The notes beneath the pieces are model-generated. The model did no database searches. It saw only the letters and a program-made list of their open reading frames with translations, and was not told the DNA's origin. From the IMG/VR virus record IMGVR_UViG_3300032203_000014, positions 1-51,540 of that record: a stretch of 51,540 nt of DNA; one strand, given 5' to 3'. This stretch comes from a virus. Lineage: Duplodnaviria > Caudoviricetes. Made by a program: the position numbers and the translations under genes. The first letter of the stretch is position 1. Every line of letters begins with the position of its first letter. Below, piece by piece: positions 1-9,432 of the stretch.

Positions 1-128
1 ACTGCTCCACGGTTTTTGCCTAGCCAGAGTGAAGAGCTTTGAGGGGACTGGGCTTCCACCGCCCGCCGGATTCGGCCACCGGCGCACCGATCAGCCCACC
101 AGGCACCATCCCTCCACGAGATTGTCGT

Positions 129-500
129 CCATATTGCTCATGTTGCCCATGTAGTTCCATGTTTTCTCAAAAATCATCATTTTCATTGGGAAAATCTTAA
201 AATTCCAGTTAAAATTGGTTTGTATAAGCTTGTATAAACCTTTTATATTAAAGGTCTAGATAAAAATATATAATAAAAACAATAACTTACAACACAATCT
301 AAGGCATCTAAGGCAACTAAGCCGTGTTGTCGTGCTGAAAAACGAGTCGGAGAAAACAGTCAATATTTTTTTCCTGGTGCAATACCGAGCCAAAGGTCCG
401 TCCAGGTCCGACAAGGCTTAAGTCCTTGATTTATAACGCATACATCGTCTAGACCAGGCTTTTCAAGGGACTCAGGCTCTAGGCAGCTTTTTGCTGTATA
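129..500. other. AT-rich non-coding element, putative replication origin (or packaging site), copy 1
   Basis: AT-rich tract at ~160-300; 9-bp tandem repeats TCTAAGGCA/TCTAAGGCA/ACTAAGCCG (298-324); IHF-consensus-like sites at 277-289 and 419-431; lies directly downstream of the primase-helicase; homologous to 40595-40833. Confidence 0.55.
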
Positions 501-569
501 GACCTGACCACCGACTCTCGCCCTGGAGCATAAAGAGAGGCGGTGGCCGAGGTTGCCCTCGGTCTAGCC

Positions 570-2900
570 CTATTCAAAAGTGTCTTTTGGCCAAGGAGCT
601 TTTGCCCCGAAACGAGCGTCCATCATGTCCCTGCAATACTGCAAAGCAGGTATTTTGGACGCCGAGGCGCGGCCGCGCTTATCGACTTTGATGGAGTAGT
701 CCGAGTCATCGGGCTTCACTTGAGTGTTGACCATCTCACCGTTGAGCAGCTTATTGAGGCGCATACCAAAGGCGACCGGGTCGGCGGGGCGGTACACCCT
801 TTGCTCCCGGGCAAAATCCAGGTAGTCGGCCCGCAGGTGTTCTTTGATGATAGTCACAGTGCCTTCATGCCAATCTCCAGTGGCATTAGGCAGCATTCCC
901 TCGAGCAGCTTGTTATACCACCACCGCTCAATATCATCCATGGTCATGACCTTCTGATCGACCAAGGCGGCCGTAGCGGGAACCTCATCACGGGGCGCCC
1001 AGTCGCCGAGCGGCCGGAGCAGCAGGTCATACAACATGGCCTCGAGCCCGCTGCCTTGGTACATCTGCTTGTTGACCGCCGAGAAGAAGGCTTTGTCGCC
1101 CCGCCTTGTGCTATTCACTGCGAAGACCGCAAAGCGGCGTTCGCCGTCAAGGCCGGCTGGCACAACCCAGTCACCGTTGGCAGCCATGATAATATGGACG
1201 TGGTTCTTACCCATGACCGCATCACGGCCCTTGCCTTCATAAGCGATTGTCGGCTCAGTCACCAGTTGCTTGAGCTTTGCCTCGCCCGCCTTATCGCCGG
1301 CCCAGAATGCCTCGTCGGCAAACAGGCAAATGCAGTTCTGCAGGTGAGAGTTGAAGCGGCCCACGAGGTGCTCGGGCGATGAGATATGCAGACCGTGACT
1401 GCCCGCAAGAGAGGCCGCAGCCCGTCCGAGCGTACCTTTACCCGTCCCTTTCTCTCCTTTGAAGCACAAAGCCACTTCGGCGGCCCGTGACGGATACTGC
1501 ACCATATAGGCCAGCCAGTCCATCACATAATCGTAATAGGTCTCTTCGCCATCAACCAGGACGTCACGCACAAGCTGCTGCATGAGAGACCAGTCGCCCT
1601 TGCGAGGTTGGACTGCCCAGCCGCGCCACAGGTTCAGCCAGCCTTCGTGGTTACGTTCCGGGTCAAACACAATGCCATCATACTGACGGCGCTGTGCAGA
1701 CCTGATCCACATAGAGGACTTGGTGACCAGCTTGTCGCCGAACTCAACCAACTGGTTGCAATAGAGGTTCTCAAAATCCTCTTTGGTGGAGCGTTGGAAG
1801 AAGGGCCTCTTGAGTACTGGGTCCATCTTCTCGGTAAAGATGCGGAACTTGCCGCCTTCCATTACCACGCAGTGCTGCTCGTTCATATCCTCCATCACAG
1901 CGTCTTTTCCGATCGCCTTAGGCTCCTCGCGAAGTAAGGCATCGTCAACACCGTGGCCGAGCTCATCGGGGTCCTCATAGGCCTCAAAATCGTCTTCAGG
2001 CTGGACGCGGGCAACTTCGCCCCCGGCAGCTTGGACAACCTTATGAAGGAACTTGATCGTGACAGGGCGACCACCCTTAGAAGACGTAGCATGCAGCGAG
2101 TCCCACCGGCGGCCGATAATCCAGCCGTCGTCTTGGTACTTGGCGTCTTGAGTAGACCACTCGATGAACTCTTGCCGACCCTCACCATTGGTGGCGTGGT
2201 GACAAGCCATCATCAGGTCACGCCATTCGTCATGACCCCGGAAGTCCTCAGCGTCCAGCTGCTCGAGCGTCTCTGCCAACATCTCAGGAGTAAGCTCGCC
2301 CAGGCCGGCTGCTTCACCATGGGCGCGGGTCGGCCGACGTATCAGCCGCAGCAAAGTGGCCGGGAGCTCAGGTATCTCATCCAGAGAAGGCGCAAAGTCG
2401 TCCCAAGTGTAATGGCGGCCATTCGGATGGACCGAACCGGCGGCAACGACTTGGCGGCCGAGAGACTTGAACTCGACGCCCTGATAGTCTTCCAGGGAAT
2501 CGAGCAGCGAGACATCCGAAGGCTTGGAGAACCAGTAATGATGCCCTCCCGAGCCCGTGATGGTATGAGGAGCGGTGCCCAAGTCCAGGCCAACGTCTTT
2601 GACGAGCTCGGCCATGGAGTCGCGGCCGTCTGGGAAGTTGCGCGGGTCAACGTCCAGGACCATGATAGAGGCCGGCAAGCGGATGCCTACGTTGATGCCG
2701 TCCCGTTCAGCCAAGGTCAGCACGCCGTGGGAATCATATTCACGGGCCTGCCAGGCGCCATCACGGGGCGTCTTTCCGCGAGGCCGCTTCTTGGCATCGA
2801 CAGCATTCCAGACATGGAGAGGAATCAGCTGGAGACCTGCTGATATATACATACGCATGTCATACACGCGCGGGCGCTTATTGGAAGTAAGGGAACTCAT
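570..2900 (-). CDS. Primase-helicase (N-terminal bifunctional Prim-Pol, PriCT-2, C-terminal SF3/D5-like NTPase)
   Basis: 776 aa; Prim-Pol motifs VLDVDPRN, TGSGGHHYWF and GSVHPNG; PriCT-like WS..D.KY..RRWDS; Walker A GEKGTGKGT; Walker B LFADE. Confidence 0.9.
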   Translation of the reverse strand: MSSLTSNKRPRVYDMRMYISAGLQLIPLHVWNAVDAKKRPRGKTPRDGAWQAREYDSHGVLTLAERDGINVGIRLPASIMVLDVDPRNFPDGRDSMAELVKDVGLDLGTAPHTITGSGGHHYWFSKPSDVSLLDSLEDYQGVEFKSLGRQVVAAGSVHPNGRHYTWDDFAPSLDEIPELPATLLRLIRRPTRAHGEAAGLGELTPEMLAETLEQLDAEDFRGHDEWRDLMMACHHATNGEGRQEFIEWSTQDAKYQDDGWIIGRRWDSLHATSSKGGRPVTIKFLHKVVQAAGGEVARVQPEDDFEAYEDPDELGHGVDDALLREEPKAIGKDAVMEDMNEQHCVVMEGGKFRIFTEKMDPVLKRPFFQRSTKEDFENLYCNQLVEFGDKLVTKSSMWIRSAQRRQYDGIVFDPERNHEGWLNLWRGWAVQPRKGDWSLMQQLVRDVLVDGEETYYDYVMDWLAYMVQYPSRAAEVALCFKGEKGTGKGTLGRAAASLAGSHGLHISSPEHLVGRFNSHLQNCICLFADEAFWAGDKAGEAKLKQLVTEPTIAYEGKGRDAVMGKNHVHIIMAANGDWVVPAGLDGERRFAVFAVNSTRRGDKAFFSAVNKQMYQGSGLEAMLYDLLLRPLGDWAPRDEVPATAALVDQKVMTMDDIERWWYNKLLEGMLPNATGDWHEGTVTIIKEHLRADYLDFAREQRVYRPADPVAFGMRLNKLLNGEMVNTQVKPDDSDYSIKVDKRGRASASKIPALQYCRDMMDARFGAKAPWPKDTFE

Positions 2901-3079
2901 CGCGCTGGAGCCTCCTGCTTGGTGACCCGTGCGGCATCTTCAAGCAAGGCGCGGTGGGCATCTGCTTCAGTAACAGAATCGGGGTCTTGGCTCGACTGCT
3001 TGAGCTCGGCAAGCTTGGAGCGTATTGCTTGCTTGTGTTTATCACTCAGGCGGAGCGAGACCTGATGGCATAAAGACAT
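2897..3079 (-). CDS. Small putative ribbon-helix-helix DNA-binding regulator
   Basis: 60 aa; beta-strand pattern VSLRLSD followed by helices; AGGAG RBS; stop overlaps the primase start. Confidence 0.5.
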   Translation of the reverse strand: MSLCHQVSLRLSDKHKQAIRSKLAELKQSSQDPDSVTEADAHRALLEDAARVTKQEAPAR

Positions 3080-3150
3080 TGGCTTCTCCTTGTACGTGTA
3101 TTGGGAATATGAAAGGCAGGTTCCTACTCGAGACTTGCATAGTGCTCGAA

Positions 3151-3268
3151 ATGCAATGCGTCCGGAACCGGTGAACGCATTGCATGCTCAATAAAGGCTC
3201 AGAGGCCTAGGCGGGCATCCGTCGTTGAGTGGACGGTGGCTCCGAACGCATTGCAGCGGGAGTATACT
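3151..3268. promoter_or_regulatory. Divergent promoter region with repeated operator-like ACGCATTGCA sites
   Basis: Perfect 11-bp inverted repeat ATGCAATGCGT (3151-3161) / ACGCATTGCAT (3175-3185); third copy GAACGCATTGCA at 3244-3255, just before a TATACT -10 box at 3263-3268. Confidence 0.55.
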
Positions 3269-3311
3269 GTCAACTCCTATCATCGCTCAAACACATTGAA
3301 GGAGAGCACCC

Positions 3312-3869
3312 ATGGACATCAATCAATTCATGAAGACCAGCCTGGAAAACCAGATTGCCCACACGAGCCTTTTGGAGCGTATTGCTGAGGGCATCGAAAA
3401 CCTGGTTGCCAGCGGCATCCACGTGGCAAGCTTCCAGCTGCCTGAGAACTTCGACCTCAAGCAAGTCGGCAATATAATTCATGCGACAGGCGGCGCTCAG
3501 ACCGACTCGGCAGCTTCGGCCACCGATACTGACACGAGTGCAGTGGACGAAGCTGCCGCAAAGGCCAAGGCTGACCAGGAAGCCAAAGTGGCAGCAAAAG
3601 CCAAGGCCGATGCAGAGGCAAAAGCAGCTGCCAAGGAAAAAGCTGAAGCGGAAGCCAAAGCAAAGGCAGAGGCTGAAGTGGCTGCCTCGAAGAAGCCCAG
3701 TCTGACTGCCGATGATGCCCGTAAGGCGCTCAAGGCGTATGCAGCTATTGAGGGCAACGAGGCTGCACTCGAACTGCTGGCCGGTCTCGGCGCCGCCTCC
3801 GTCTCCGAACTGGTTGAGCAGGGTGAAGAGAAAATCGCCGCCCTCATCAAGGCAGCAGGCGGCATGTAA
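3312..3869 (+). CDS. Hypothetical protein with Ala/Lys/Glu-rich linker
   Basis: GAAGGAG RBS; AKAKAEAEAK-type repeats; small helical C-terminal domain; first gene of the replication operon. Confidence 0.7.
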   Translation: MDINQFMKTSLENQIAHTSLLERIAEGIENLVASGIHVASFQLPENFDLKQVGNIIHATGGAQTDSAASATDTDTSAVDEAAAKAKADQEAKVAAKAKADAEAKAAAKEKAEAEAKAKAEAEVAASKKPSLTADDARKALKAYAAIEGNEAALELLAGLGAASVSELVEQGEEKIAALIKAAGGM

Positions 3870-4141
3870 TGAACCAGCAGAAAACTTCCCTGCCCAACGA
3901 CGCGGCCCAGCTGTGCCTCTGGCGTACCGGCATGCAAGCCCCCACTGTCTTTGTAGTGGAGGCCCGTGAAGCCGAGAATGTGCTGACACAATATGCTGAT
4001 GGTGCGGACTGCTTGGAATTCAAGTCCTATCAGGACGGTTCCGGTCGCCGCTCCACAACGGCCGTCCGGTCAGATGCCCTGGATGGCGTAACAGTTGAAG
4101 CCGCCTCTCTTCGTATTACAGGAGTAATGCCCAATGCCTAG
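3869..4141 (+). CDS. Hypothetical protein
   Basis: Start overlaps the upstream stop (TAATG); stop overlaps the next gene. Confidence 0.65.
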   Translation: MNQQKTSLPNDAAQLCLWRTGMQAPTVFVVEAREAENVLTQYADGADCLEFKSYQDGSGRRSTTAVRSDALDGVTVEAASLRITGVMPNA

Positions 4142-5744
4142 CGCACACGCCCGTCGCAATGCCTCGGGCTCCAAGCGCTGGATGAACTGCCTCGGCTCCC
4201 TTCAGCTATCTGAAGGGCGGCCGAATAACTCCTCTGAGGCAGCACGCCTCGGAACTGCGGCTCATGCTCTCGGGGAGGCTTGCCTCCTCAACGGCAGTGA
4301 GGCGTGGGAGTGGTTAGGCGGGCACATCCATCTCGACGAGCACGAACAAGCAACAGTCTATCGTCCGCCTTCACCTGTCTCGCCCGAGACTGGCGATAAG
4401 ACGATGATTGTCCCTGTGCACACCTCCGAGTCAGCAGACCTGGAGCCTGCAGAGGGCGATTATCCTATCGACGCGGATATGACCGATGCCGTCCAGGTTT
4501 ACTTGGACGTCTGTCGGGGAGAAGCCGAACGTCTCGGACCGATGGCCGAACTCAACGTTGAGCGGAGGTTCTCGCTTAACTGGTTGGTCGGCTACGACTG
4601 GGATCAAGCGACCATCGACACCGATGGCAAGCTGCGTTCTCCCAATGGCTTGTGGCTCGATGAGAGCCGCGAGCCTGCAGTCATTCGCAACCCCGATGGC
4701 ACGGCCTCCATGGGGCCCATGTTCGGCACCAATGACTGCTCGGTCTTCCTGCCTTTCGACCATCTGACGGTGATTGACTACAAGCACGGCCAGGGGCTCG
4801 GTGTCGACGTCTACCATATTGACGAGGAGGTCTGCCCCAAGTCTGGCGAGACGATGACAGTCGAGAATGGCAACGAGCAAGAGCTCTACTATGCCCTTGG
4901 TGCTGCTTGTGACGTCGGCTGGGCATTCGAAACCCTTGACCTCATCATTGTCCAGCCTCGCCATCGCCACTCCGACGGCAGTGTCCGGCGCTGGTCAACC
5001 AACAAGGCCTACCTCAAGCAATTCGAGGAGCGTCTGCGTTGGGCAGCTATTGAAGTCGAGAAGCCCAATCAACCGCTGAAGGCTGGCGACTGGTGCACCT
5101 TCTGCCCTGCATCAGCCGTATGCCCCGAGCTCCGTGAGTCGGCCTTCCGGCTTGCATCGCTCGAATTTGCCCGTGAATTCGGGGAGGAGGATAGCGTGGC
5201 AACTTCTGATGCCGAAACCAGTGACGAGGACCTGGCGCTGCGCATGCAAGCTATTCCTCTGTTGGACATCTTTATCAAGAGCGCCAAAGCCGAGGCCATG
5301 CGACGCCTGTCTGAGACCGAGACCGGTGAGGCAGTCTTCGGCAAGCTGGTGCGTGGCAAGGCCAACAGGGCATTCCGCAAGGACCTGCCATTGATCGGCG
5401 AGGATGGCGAGCAGGTTGTCATCGACGGCGTTCCGCAGTTCATTGACCCCTTCGTCGAGCTGGAGAAGGCAGGCATTCCCAGGGACATGCTATTCAATGA
5501 GCCCAAGCCCAAGTCGCCGGCACAGGTCGAGAAGGTCCGCCCAGCTGAATTGATGATGCGCTTGAAGGCTGAGAAGGTGAGGGCTCCTGCAGCCCATATC
5601 AAGGGCCTTGTAGCTCAGTTCTCACATAAGCCTGAAGGCAAGATCAGCCTGGCACCTCTCAATGACCCACGCGACGCCGTGGCTCCTGCGATGGCGGCAG
5701 CTGATGACTTCGACTCCGTTGAAGACGATTCAAGCGACGATTAA
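4134..5744 (+). CDS. Cas4-like PD-(D/E)XK exonuclease (DUF2800 family)
   Basis: N-terminal HA..AS.SKRWMNC and GTAAHAL; GTND..VIDYKHG nuclease motif; C-terminal WCTFCPASAVC completes a 4-Cys cluster. Confidence 0.85.
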   Translation: MPSAHARRNASGSKRWMNCLGSLQLSEGRPNNSSEAARLGTAAHALGEACLLNGSEAWEWLGGHIHLDEHEQATVYRPPSPVSPETGDKTMIVPVHTSESADLEPAEGDYPIDADMTDAVQVYLDVCRGEAERLGPMAELNVERRFSLNWLVGYDWDQATIDTDGKLRSPNGLWLDESREPAVIRNPDGTASMGPMFGTNDCSVFLPFDHLTVIDYKHGQGLGVDVYHIDEEVCPKSGETMTVENGNEQELYYALGAACDVGWAFETLDLIIVQPRHRHSDGSVRRWSTNKAYLKQFEERLRWAAIEVEKPNQPLKAGDWCTFCPASAVCPELRESAFRLASLEFAREFGEEDSVATSDAETSDEDLALRMQAIPLLDIFIKSAKAEAMRRLSETETGEAVFGKLVRGKANRAFRKDLPLIGEDGEQVVIDGVPQFIDPFVELEKAGIPRDMLFNEPKPKSPAQVEKVRPAELMMRLKAEKVRAPAAHIKGLVAQFSHKPEGKISLAPLNDPRDAVAPAMAAADDFDSVEDDSSDD

Positions 5745-5811
5745 CGGGATGCAGCATTCAGGGGATGAAGTACATTTACTTCACCCCTTTTTATTTACAT
5801 AGGAGATTGAT

Positions 5812-6300
5812 ATGCGTGATCTTGATGCCAATGAGGTGAAAGCCCTTATTGAACGCGGCCGCCGCAGCCATTCCAAGTTGGGCGTAGCTGGAGCTTTTGG
5901 CACAGCCCGCCTGGGCAAGAACATCAGTTCTTCCCAAAACGATATGCTGGCAGTGCTGATGATTATTGGTGAGGGTATTGCCTTCGCTGATCCGGAAGCG
6001 CATAACGGTGTGGATGGGTATGCTGGCCTGGCAGTAGCCCTACAGAGCGCTGCGGACTTCTACCGCCACTTCTCTGAAATGCACAAAGCCGATGGCTTGG
6101 CGCCCTATCAGACGGCCTATAACACTCTGCCGGCCCATCTTTATGACATCGTGGCGCTTGACGGCGCCAGGGCCCAGCGCTTGAGCGAGCTGACCCGCCC
6201 TATCGGCTTGATTCTGGGCCAAACCCTCAACCTTAACCACCGCGTGCGTAAACTGGAGAAAAGCGATGAACCCGCATCCCAATCAGAAACCTCGGTTTGA
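5812..6300 (+). CDS. Hypothetical protein
   Basis: AGGAG RBS; 162 aa. Confidence 0.6.
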   Translation: MRDLDANEVKALIERGRRSHSKLGVAGAFGTARLGKNISSSQNDMLAVLMIIGEGIAFADPEAHNGVDGYAGLAVALQSAADFYRHFSEMHKADGLAPYQTAYNTLPAHLYDIVALDGARAQRLSELTRPIGLILGQTLNLNHRVRKLEKSDEPASQSETSV

Positions 6301-6907
6301 GGCCCTTCCCATGCAAGACGACTCTTTCAACTCCGGCCAGGAGGTGAAGAATTTGGCGGCCCAGTCCAAAAAGAATCTGGCACGCGAGATTATCCGTCTC
6401 CGCGGGCTGCTGAAGGCCTTTAATGGCACGCTGCAGGGGCAGGTCTCGGCGGCTGTCTCCAACCAGTTCCAGCACCGTGAAGCCTTCGCCCTGATGGCAT
6501 ATGTCCAGCGTGGCGTGCCTGAAGGTGAAGCGGCCGAAGTGATCCACATCTGGAACTCCCGTGATGGCGTGACGCCCTTCGTGGTCCACATCGGCGCCAA
6601 GTCCTACGAGCACGACATCATGGCCATGAGTCGCCCCCACTTCGATCTGCCTGCAACGGCAACTCATAAGTGGGAAACCCGGACCGAAGCCAAGATGATG
6701 GAAGCTTTCGGCCGCACCCTGGACCTGGCGGTCAAGCTCGGCCGCATCGAAAAGGATAAGGCGGAGAATATCCGGGGCAATGCCGAGGTGGCAGCATCCT
6801 GGAACTACCGCATTGGCCTGCGCGACCTGTCGACCGGCAATTACACCGATGAAGACCAGCTGCGTGACCCCGGGCCCAAAGTGACGGAGGCAGCTGCCAA
6901 TGCGTAA
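6266..6907 (+). CDS. Hypothetical protein
   Basis: GGAG RBS; 213 aa; phage-like codon usage; overlaps both neighbours. Confidence 0.65.
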   Translation: MNPHPNQKPRFEALPMQDDSFNSGQEVKNLAAQSKKNLAREIIRLRGLLKAFNGTLQGQVSAAVSNQFQHREAFALMAYVQRGVPEGEAAEVIHIWNSRDGVTPFVVHIGAKSYEHDIMAMSRPHFDLPATATHKWETRTEAKMMEAFGRTLDLAVKLGRIEKDKAENIRGNAEVAASWNYRIGLRDLSTGNYTDEDQLRDPGPKVTEAAANA

Positions 6908-7262
6908 GCCTTCCATCCGCTTTGTCGGCGGCGATGACAAGCACGGGCAGGTCTTTGTGGTGGAGACCCATGCACCGGCAGGCTATGAGCTGGACTCCCA
7001 CGTGCACAAGCATGCCCATACCTCCGTTTTGGTAGCAGGCAAAGCAGAAGTGATCGTGGCCGGTATCAGCCGCGTTTATGAGGGGTACAACCTCATTACG
7101 ATCCCGGCCCATACGACACACACCGTCAAGGCACTCACCGACATCACGTGGCTCTGCCTCTGGGCAGGCGACCTGGCACCAAAGGAGGAGGCGGAAGCCT
7201 CTCTCAAGCTGTCCTCGGGCAGCGCATGTGATAGTTGCCCTGGTGGTTGTACCAAGGGCTGA
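6900..7262 (+). CDS. Cupin-fold protein
   Basis: Cupin motifs SHVHKHAHTSVLVAG and IPAHTTH; C-terminal CxxCxxxC. Confidence 0.7.
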   Translation: MRKPSIRFVGGDDKHGQVFVVETHAPAGYELDSHVHKHAHTSVLVAGKAEVIVAGISRVYEGYNLITIPAHTTHTVKALTDITWLCLWAGDLAPKEEAEASLKLSSGSACDSCPGGCTKG

Positions 7263-7293
7263 TTTACCAACCAATCTCTTGAAGGAGAGAACA

Positions 7294-7839
7294 ATGTCCC
7301 AAGTATTGAAAGCACTGCCTTACGCCGTCATGGTGTCCAATCTGTTCAAGCGTGGCTCCAACCAGGTTGAAGAGCTGATGCATGCTGCCATCGGTCTGTC
7401 TGGTGAAGCAGCCGAGTTTGCCGAGGCTGATGGGCTGCAAAACGCCATCGAGGAACTGGGTGACCTGGAATTCTACGCGGAAGCCTTCCGTCAGAAGCTG
7501 GGCATCAGCGAAGAGGAGGTTGTGCTTGCTCGCATGGCCCAATCTGCGACTGAAGCCAAAGTCACGCTGGGCACCATGATCCATCACCTGTCTGTCGTTA
7601 CTGGCGACATTCTGGACCACACCAAGAAATGCTGGGTCTACGGCCACCAACCGGAATCGGCCACCTTCGTGGAGCTGTTCGGCCGCTTCGAGGGCATTAC
7701 CCTGCAAGTCCGTGACATCCTGGGTGTCAACCGGCAGGTAATCCTGGATGCCAACCAGGCCAAGCTGGGCAAGCGTTTCCCCGAGGGTGTTTATTCCGGG
7801 GCAGACGCATTGGCTCGTGCTGACAAGGCCAATGGTTGA
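7294..7839 (+). CDS. MazG-like nucleotide pyrophosphohydrolase
   Basis: HAAIGLSGEAAE...EELGDLEFY and C-terminal NQAKLGKRFPEG motifs; start moved to the ATG after GAAGGAG. Confidence 0.8.
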   Translation: MSQVLKALPYAVMVSNLFKRGSNQVEELMHAAIGLSGEAAEFAEADGLQNAIEELGDLEFYAEAFRQKLGISEEEVVLARMAQSATEAKVTLGTMIHHLSVVTGDILDHTKKCWVYGHQPESATFVELFGRFEGITLQVRDILGVNRQVILDANQAKLGKRFPEGVYSGADALARADKANG

Positions 7840-8105
7840 TGCCGACCGCTGTCATAAATCGGCGGACGGGAGCCCATTACGATGCCATGGTTGACAGGAC
7901 TTCGTTTTGGGGTAACCCGTTCTATGTCGGGGCTGATGGCACTCGTTTAGAGGTAATTGAGAAGTACCGGCAGATGGTGCTCTCTCGCCCCGACATGATG
8001 GCACGACTCCCAGAACTGAAAGGGAAAGTGCTGGGATGCTGGTGCAAGCCTAAGCCTTGTCATGCTGATATATTGGCACAACTGGCAGACAAGATTGATG
8101 GCTAA
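7839..8105 (+). CDS. DUF4326-family protein
   Basis: WGNPF...R.EVIEKY...LKGKVLGCWCKPKPCHADIL signature. Confidence 0.8.
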   Translation: MPTAVINRRTGAHYDAMVDRTSFWGNPFYVGADGTRLEVIEKYRQMVLSRPDMMARLPELKGKVLGCWCKPKPCHADILAQLADKIDG

Positions 8106-8279
8106 GGGCAGCAGCTCAGTGGTTTGCCTGGGCGTGTAGCCCTGGCATCATTCAATTTCTGTCCGGTGCTGCGTTGAGTCAGACTTTACTCAGGTTGACG
8201 ACCAGAGGCGCGACACCCGGCAGAATCTCCAAGACTAACTCGTCTATATCGTCTAACTCACCTATTAAGGAGAATCTCC

Positions 8280-8885
8280 ATGACAAAATCCAACGACCGC
8301 AAAGTCACCACCCCCAAATTCCGCGCCAGCTTCGTCTGGGTGTTCGAGCCCCAGCCTCCCATGGCAGGTAGTCAGGGCGAACCCAAGTATGGCTTGACCA
8401 TGCTGTTTGACGCGGCTGCTCAGAAAACGCCTGCCTTCGAAGCGATGAAGAAGCTAGCACTGGCCGCAGCTAAAGAGAAGTTCGGCGACAAGCTCAAGCC
8501 GGACGGCAAGGGCTGGTTCCACGGCCTGCGCAATCCTCTCCGCGATGGCGCCGAGAAGTCGGAAATGGAAGGCTATGGCGACGGTGTGATCTTCGCAGCG
8601 GCTACCACCAAAATGCAACCCGGTCTGGTGGATCAGCAGCTCAACCGCATCATCTCCAAGGACGTCGGTCCGGATGGCTTCTACAGCGGCGCTTATGCCC
8701 GTGCTACTGTCACGGCCTATGGCTATGACAAGGCAGGTAACAAGGGCGTGGCATTCGGTCTGCAGAACGTCCAGAAGCTGGGCGATGGCGAAGCCTTCAG
8801 CGGCCGCACGGCGGCTGAGGACGACTTCGAAGCAGCTGAAGACGCCTTTGGCGATGACGGCGGAGACGCTGACTTCCTGAAGTAA
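8280..8885 (+). CDS. Single-stranded DNA-binding protein (DUF2815 / T7 gp2.5-like)
   Basis: PLRDG, FYSGAYARA and GNKGVAFGLQNVQKLGDGE motifs; acidic C-terminal tail. Confidence 0.85.
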   Translation: MTKSNDRKVTTPKFRASFVWVFEPQPPMAGSQGEPKYGLTMLFDAAAQKTPAFEAMKKLALAAAKEKFGDKLKPDGKGWFHGLRNPLRDGAEKSEMEGYGDGVIFAAATTKMQPGLVDQQLNRIISKDVGPDGFYSGAYARATVTAYGYDKAGNKGVAFGLQNVQKLGDGEAFSGRTAAEDDFEAAEDAFGDDGGDADFLK

Positions 8886-8913
8886 TCCAGCAGCTAGCTG
8901 GTGAGTAAATGAG

Positions 8914-8939
8914 AGGGCCCTTCAGGGCCCTTTCTTTTT
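8914..8939 (+). terminator. Rho-independent terminator
   Basis: AGGGCCC-TTCA-GGGCCCT followed by a T-tract. Confidence 0.85.
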
Positions 8940-8962
8940 ATCTATTATTTTCCACGCACCGG

Positions 8963-8991
8963 CTCCCAGGGCGGAAAACCTGTGATATGAT
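8963..8991 (+). promoter_or_regulatory. Phage promoter family member (CTCCCA-N17-TATGAT)
   Basis: Same architecture as the sites at 16075, 20594, 40868 and 41167. Confidence 0.6.
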
Positions 8992-9022
8992 TCAATCATA
9001 CTCATCAACTGGGAGCAACACA

Positions 9023-9241
9023 ATGGAAAATACATACTGGCTCAGCAAAGTGCCGGCGAACTGCGAGACCTGCGGAACGCCCATCACAAATACCTTTTAT
9101 GATGCAGATACCGGCAGAGGTTGGGCGTGTATGTGCCCATCCTGCCAAATGCTCGGGCCGGGCAAGAACCTGCTCGGCACCGGACGCGGCCAGCGGTACG
9201 ACAAGCAGCCCGATGGCAAGTGGTTGAAAACCGCGGGCTAA
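9023..9241 (+). CDS. Small Cys-rich (putative Zn-binding) protein
   Basis: CETC...CMCPSC; GGGAG RBS; directly after the promoter. Confidence 0.65.
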   Translation: MENTYWLSKVPANCETCGTPITNTFYDADTGRGWACMCPSCQMLGPGKNLLGTGRGQRYDKQPDGKWLKTAG

Positions 9242-9243
9242 CC

Positions 9244-9432
9244 ATGACGACGATGGAATGGCACAAATACATAGAGGGTGCAGGCTTTCAGTTCTGCAAG
9301 GCTCGGGACGGCTGGGCTCTCTTTGATGAAGATAATAGGCTAGAGCTCCAAGGCACTTGGGCTCGGACAAAAGGCGAGTCGGTGTGGCTCGCTGTTGACA
9401 AGTTGGGATTGAAGGAGAATTACAATGGATGA
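9244..9432 (+). CDS. Hypothetical protein
   Basis: Fills the gap between adjacent co-oriented genes. Confidence 0.5.
   Translation: MTTMEWHKYIEGAGFQFCKARDGWALFDEDNRLELQGTWARTKGESVWLAVDKLGLKENYNG

Noticed and set aside
543-2843. Long + strand ORFs (543-1382, 1953-2843) antisense to the primase
   Set aside because: Shadow ORFs of a GC-rich coding gene; no motifs or RBS.
4134-5744. Cas4-like nuclease as a sign of CRISPR-Cas
   Set aside because: No repeat-spacer array or other cas genes; stand-alone DUF2800 exonucleases are standard in this type of replication module.
8106-8279. Possible tRNA/ncRNA in the intergenic gaps (also 15362-15495 and 40384-40590)
   Set aside because: No cloverleaf or T-loop consensus found by eye; an Infernal/tRNAscan search would be needed to exclude this fully.
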